Source of the DNA: a virus
Lineage: Duplodnaviria > Heunggongvirae > Uroviricota > Caudoviricetes
DNA: 64,000 bases
Strand: one strand, 5' to 3'
IMG/VR virus record: IMGVR_UViG_3300020721_000006
Both the position numbers and the translations under genes were made by a program. This document shows, in pieces, positions 61,374-64,000 of this stretch. The notes beneath the pieces were generated by a model. It saw nothing but the letters and a program-made list of their open reading frames with translations, was not told the DNA's origin and searched no databases. How positions within the stretch are numbered: position 1 is the first letter of the stretch; each line of letters opens with the position of its first letter.

Positions 61374-61424
61374 TTTACAAAGTCCTATTAAAGTGGTATA
61401 ATACTATTTTAATAGGACTATTTT
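61374..61424 (+). promoter_or_regulatory. TTTACA-N17-TATAAT promoter embedded in a 12-bp inverted repeat AGTCCTATTAAA / TTTAATAGGACT followed by ATTTTAT
   Basis: -35 61374-61379, -10 61397-61402; stem 61381-61392 / 61408-61419. Confidence 0.45.
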
Positions 61425-61446
61425 ATAATAGGCAACGGATAGGCAA

Positions 61447-62184
61447 ATGACATTATTAACAAATACACCACTAACTCCCCCACCATTCATTGAACGTTTT
61501 CAATATAAAAATTGTAAACAGACCAATGACCCAATATCCAAAAAACGTGTTTATCAAACACCTGATGGAGAATTATTACCAAGTGTAACAACTATTCTAA
61601 GTGCGACCAAGGATATGACTCATTTGAACGAGTGGAGATCCAGAGTTGATCATGATAAAGCACAACAAATCACAACCGAAGCAGCTGGAATTGGAACTTG
61701 TCTTCATACTAATTTAGAAAAGTTCATTTGTGGCTTACCACGACAACCTGGAAACAATCTCATCCATGTTAAAGCACACAAAATGGCTAATATTATTATT
61801 AAAGAAGGTCTTAAGAAAATAGATGAAGTATGGGCTATGGAACAGAGTCTGTATTTTCCAGGATTGTATTCCGGCACCACCGACTTAGTTGCCGTATATA
61901 ATGGAAAACCTAGTATTTGTGATTACAAACAATCAAATCGTTTAAAAAAATTAGAGCATATAGAAGATTATTTTTTACAGTTGCTGTTTTACATAACAGC
62001 ACACAATAAAGTATATGGAACTGATATTAAAGAAGGGCATATTTTTATGTGCACAAGGGGTGATGATCCATATAAAGTCGGTGGAGAAATGTACCAACAA
62101 TTTGATTTAGATAGTTCAAATTGGAATGAATACGAAGATAAAATGTGGACTAAATTAGAGAAGTATTATTTATCTGATAAATAA
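61447..62184 (+). CDS. PD-(D/E)xK-family nuclease (YqaJ/lambda-exonuclease-like)
   Basis: GTTDLV ... ICDYKQS (D ... D-x-K) core, conserved YQTPDG ... LPSVTTIL N-terminal block. Confidence 0.5.
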   Translation: MTLLTNTPLTPPPFIERFQYKNCKQTNDPISKKRVYQTPDGELLPSVTTILSATKDMTHLNEWRSRVDHDKAQQITTEAAGIGTCLHTNLEKFICGLPRQPGNNLIHVKAHKMANIIIKEGLKKIDEVWAMEQSLYFPGLYSGTTDLVAVYNGKPSICDYKQSNRLKKLEHIEDYFLQLLFYITAHNKVYGTDIKEGHIFMCTRGDDPYKVGGEMYQQFDLDSSNWNEYEDKMWTKLEKYYLSDK

Positions 62185-62202
62185 AAGAAATGGAGAGTTA
62201 AG

Positions 62203-62589
62203 ATGACACTTACAGTAACAAGAATAAATGGTTCAAAAACCTTAATTAATACAGTTTACAATAATAACTGCAATTTATATAAAATCATAGTTCAGGACGC
62301 AACACCAACTGTTGTTAATTTACAAAATGAAACAAGTGATTTAAAAATCAATGGTGCAATAGAAGCAATTGTTGATGAAATAAATCCATTAGCATATTAT
62401 GTCCCAAATGCAACCGCTGGTATTATACATGTTGTTATGGATAAATCTATTAATGATTATGCTGAACTTCAACTTAGAATTCAACGTCTAGGAACATTGA
62501 AAACTACAATAATCTCATCAGGTGCAACAGAAAATGTTACTATAAGTGGCACAACTGTTACACTAGCAACATCATTTGTAGTAGCTTAA
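62203..62589 (+). CDS. hypothetical protein (128 aa)
   Basis: GGAGAGTTAAG RBS. Confidence 0.45.
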   Translation: MTLTVTRINGSKTLINTVYNNNCNLYKIIVQDATPTVVNLQNETSDLKINGAIEAIVDEINPLAYYVPNATAGIIHVVMDKSINDYAELQLRIQRLGTLKTTIISSGATENVTISGTTVTLATSFVVA

Positions 62590-62596
62590 TCACAAT

Positions 62597-62622
62597 AAGC
62601 CCTAGTAACATAGGGCTTTTCC
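62597..62622 (+). terminator. rho-independent terminator AGCCCTA-gtaaca-TAGGGCT + TTTT
   Basis: 7-bp stem + U-tract. Confidence 0.6.
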
Positions 62623-62634
62623 TACCCACTTTTG

Positions 62635-62642
62635 CATAAATA
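62635..62642 (+). promoter_or_regulatory. CATAAATA late-promoter-like box
   Basis: 22 nt upstream of ATG 62664, AAGAGGA RBS. Confidence 0.4.
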
Positions 62643-62663
62643 AGACTATAAGAGGATTTATTT

Positions 62664-64000
62664 ATGGCAGTAGTAAGCATCAGTCGAATACAACAACGTC
62701 GCGGAAAAGCGAATAGCGGCACCGGATTACCACAATTAGCAAGTGGTGAGTTTGGTTGGGCAGTTGATACACAAGAACTTTACATTGGTAATGGTTCTGT
62801 ATCAGAAGGGGCCCCAGCAGTTGGAAATACACGAATTTTAACACAACTTGATATAGATAAAATAACTTCTCCATCTAGTATCTTTGGTCAATTAGCGTAT
62901 GTCTATAAATCAAGTGGTGCAATTAGCAATTATTCTTATTTAGAAGGTAGTGGATATACTGATAACGTATATGCAGATATCCCATTAAATTGGATATCTG
63001 GTGGTAATCAACCAATTGCAAACCCAATAGCAAATATAACTGTCACTAATGGTGTTGTTACATCTGTTGTATTATTATTTTCTGGAATCGGAACATCAAT
63101 CAATGCAATATTTGATGATAATGGTGTATTAGGACCTGGATCAGGATTTCAATTACGTGTAACAAGTGTAATTAATAGCACTGGAACATTGATAACACAA
63201 GCAGTAAAAAGAACTATTCAATCTAGATTAGATGACCAGGTTAATTCTAAAGATTTTGGAACAGTTGGTGATGGAGCAGTTGATGATACACAATTTCTTC
63301 AAAATTCTATAAATCAATTATTTTATAATTCTCCACAATCAGCAACATCATCAATAACTGGTATATTATCTATTAATAACAACGTGGTTTTATGTGCGGC
63401 AACTACCGATATGGTAGGTGCAGTAGTAACTGGAACGGGTATACCATATGGAACTTCAATAGTTAGTGTTAATGTTGGAATTAGTTTTACAATGACTGAT
63501 GTCGCGTCTGCAAATGGTTCACAAACATTAACCCTTGCATTGATCCCATCACATAATGTTGATTATAATACCGCTGATAGAGTTATATTAGAGATTCCAC
63601 CAGGAACATATCGTATTACTAATACTCTGTATATTCCAAGTTATGCTACAATAGTAGGTGCGGGAAATTCTAGCACTATATTATATTTTGATCCTAATCT
63701 GGCCGTTACTGCAACTATTACATCTGGCTCATTCATTCTTAATACTATTGCTGCTGATATTTCAATGTCTGGCGCATCAGTCACAGGACCAGGAATCCCA
63801 TTGAATACTACAGTAGTATCAGTTAACCCTGGATATTCAGTTACATTATCTGCAGCTGCAACTGCTGACGAAATTTTGCAAGTGTTTCAAATAATTTTAT
63901 CAGCATCTACCCCTGTTATTCAATATATCAATGATATATCATCAATTGGGGCACCAGGAAATATTGAACAAACTACTTATATAAACCAACCAAGATTTAT
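62664..64000 (+). CDS. tail fibre / tailspike protein with pectate-lyase-like beta-helix domain (partial, runs off window end)
   Basis: N-terminal RIQQRRG ... LPQLASGEFGWAVDTQELYIGNG motif shared with ORF 51840; DFGTVGDGAVDDTQFLQNSINQL pectate-lyase-superfamily signature. Confidence 0.7.
   Translation, partial: MAVVSISRIQQRRGKANSGTGLPQLASGEFGWAVDTQELYIGNGSVSEGAPAVGNTRILTQLDIDKITSPSSIFGQLAYVYKSSGAISNYSYLEGSGYTDNVYADIPLNWISGGNQPIANPIANITVTNGVVTSVVLLFSGIGTSINAIFDDNGVLGPGSGFQLRVTSVINSTGTLITQAVKRTIQSRLDDQVNSKDFGTVGDGAVDDTQFLQNSINQLFYNSPQSATSSITGILSINNNVVLCAATTDMVGAVVTGTGIPYGTSIVSVNVGISFTMTDVASANGSQTLTLALIPSHNVDYNTADRVILEIPPGTYRITNTLYIPSYATIVGAGNSSTILYFDPNLAVTATITSGSFILNTIAADISMSGASVTGPGIPLNTTVVSVNPGYSVTLSAAATADEILQVFQIILSASTPVIQYINDISSIGAPGNIEQTTYINQPRF

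Noticed and set aside
1-64000. tRNA / rRNA genes
   Set aside because: No sequence with the GTTCGAATC-type T-arm or cloverleaf potential found in intergenic regions; intergenic regions are short and explained by promoters/terminators.

Overview
This window is an AT-rich (about one-third GC), very gene-dense bacteriophage fragment with T4-like regulation. Regulatory signals: about ten perfect or near-perfect TTGACA-N17-TATAAT promoters (early-type); T4-style late promoter boxes (TATAAATA / GATAAATA) in front of structural genes and homing endonucleases; strong Shine-Dalgarno sites; many ATGA/TAATG start-stop overlaps; clear rho-independent terminators. Regions: (i) 1-4.3 kb, two large hypothetical proteins, a frameshifted GIY-YIG endonuclease and a 5'(3')-deoxyribonucleotidase-like HAD phosphatase; (ii) 4.9-11.9 kb, a tail-fibre module with at least four fibre genes carrying the SGNVGIGT motif, a glycine-rich fibre, a cupin, one attached and one stand-alone S74-type chaperone domain, and a tandemly duplicated late promoter; (iii) 12-44 kb, a hyperplastic region of more than 100 small early genes, with rightward arrays at 14.2-36.4 kb and a leftward array at 36.5-44.1 kb. 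This hyperplastic region also holds a TPR/GT9-like glycosyltransferase, a NADAR protein, an AAA+ ATPase, a P-loop kinase, an SPFH lipoprotein, an RHH regulator, MORN-variant repeat proteins, many small membrane peptides and two more GIY-YIG endonucleases; (iv) 44-51 kb, an SDR epimerase, a lysozyme-like protein, an AlgH/YqgE homologue, an HNH endonuclease, a YbaN homologue, a secreted NucA-type nuclease with an adjacent lipoprotein, two GIY-YIG genes and a 5-aminolevulinate synthase (hemA-type) auxiliary metabolic gene; (v) 51-64 kb, late/structural genes (two large fibre-like proteins sharing an N-terminal domain, a scaffold-like protein, a small abundant-looking structural protein), a solo TnpB (IS200/IS605 OrfB) gene, a nucleotidyltransferase-fold protein and a PD-(D/E)xK nuclease. 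Most striking is a family of about 30 small paralogous proteins with the signature WCxExFG ... FxNExDRNWFxLRWS. Next: a set of about nine proteins whose N-termini (MKIxEILSE) resemble the T4 capsid-targeting sequence; a conserved late-promoter-plus-covarying-hairpin module in front of all five GIY-YIG genes; and four homopolymer-associated frameshifts (either sequencing error or programmed slippage). No rRNA, tRNA or CRISPR array was recognised.
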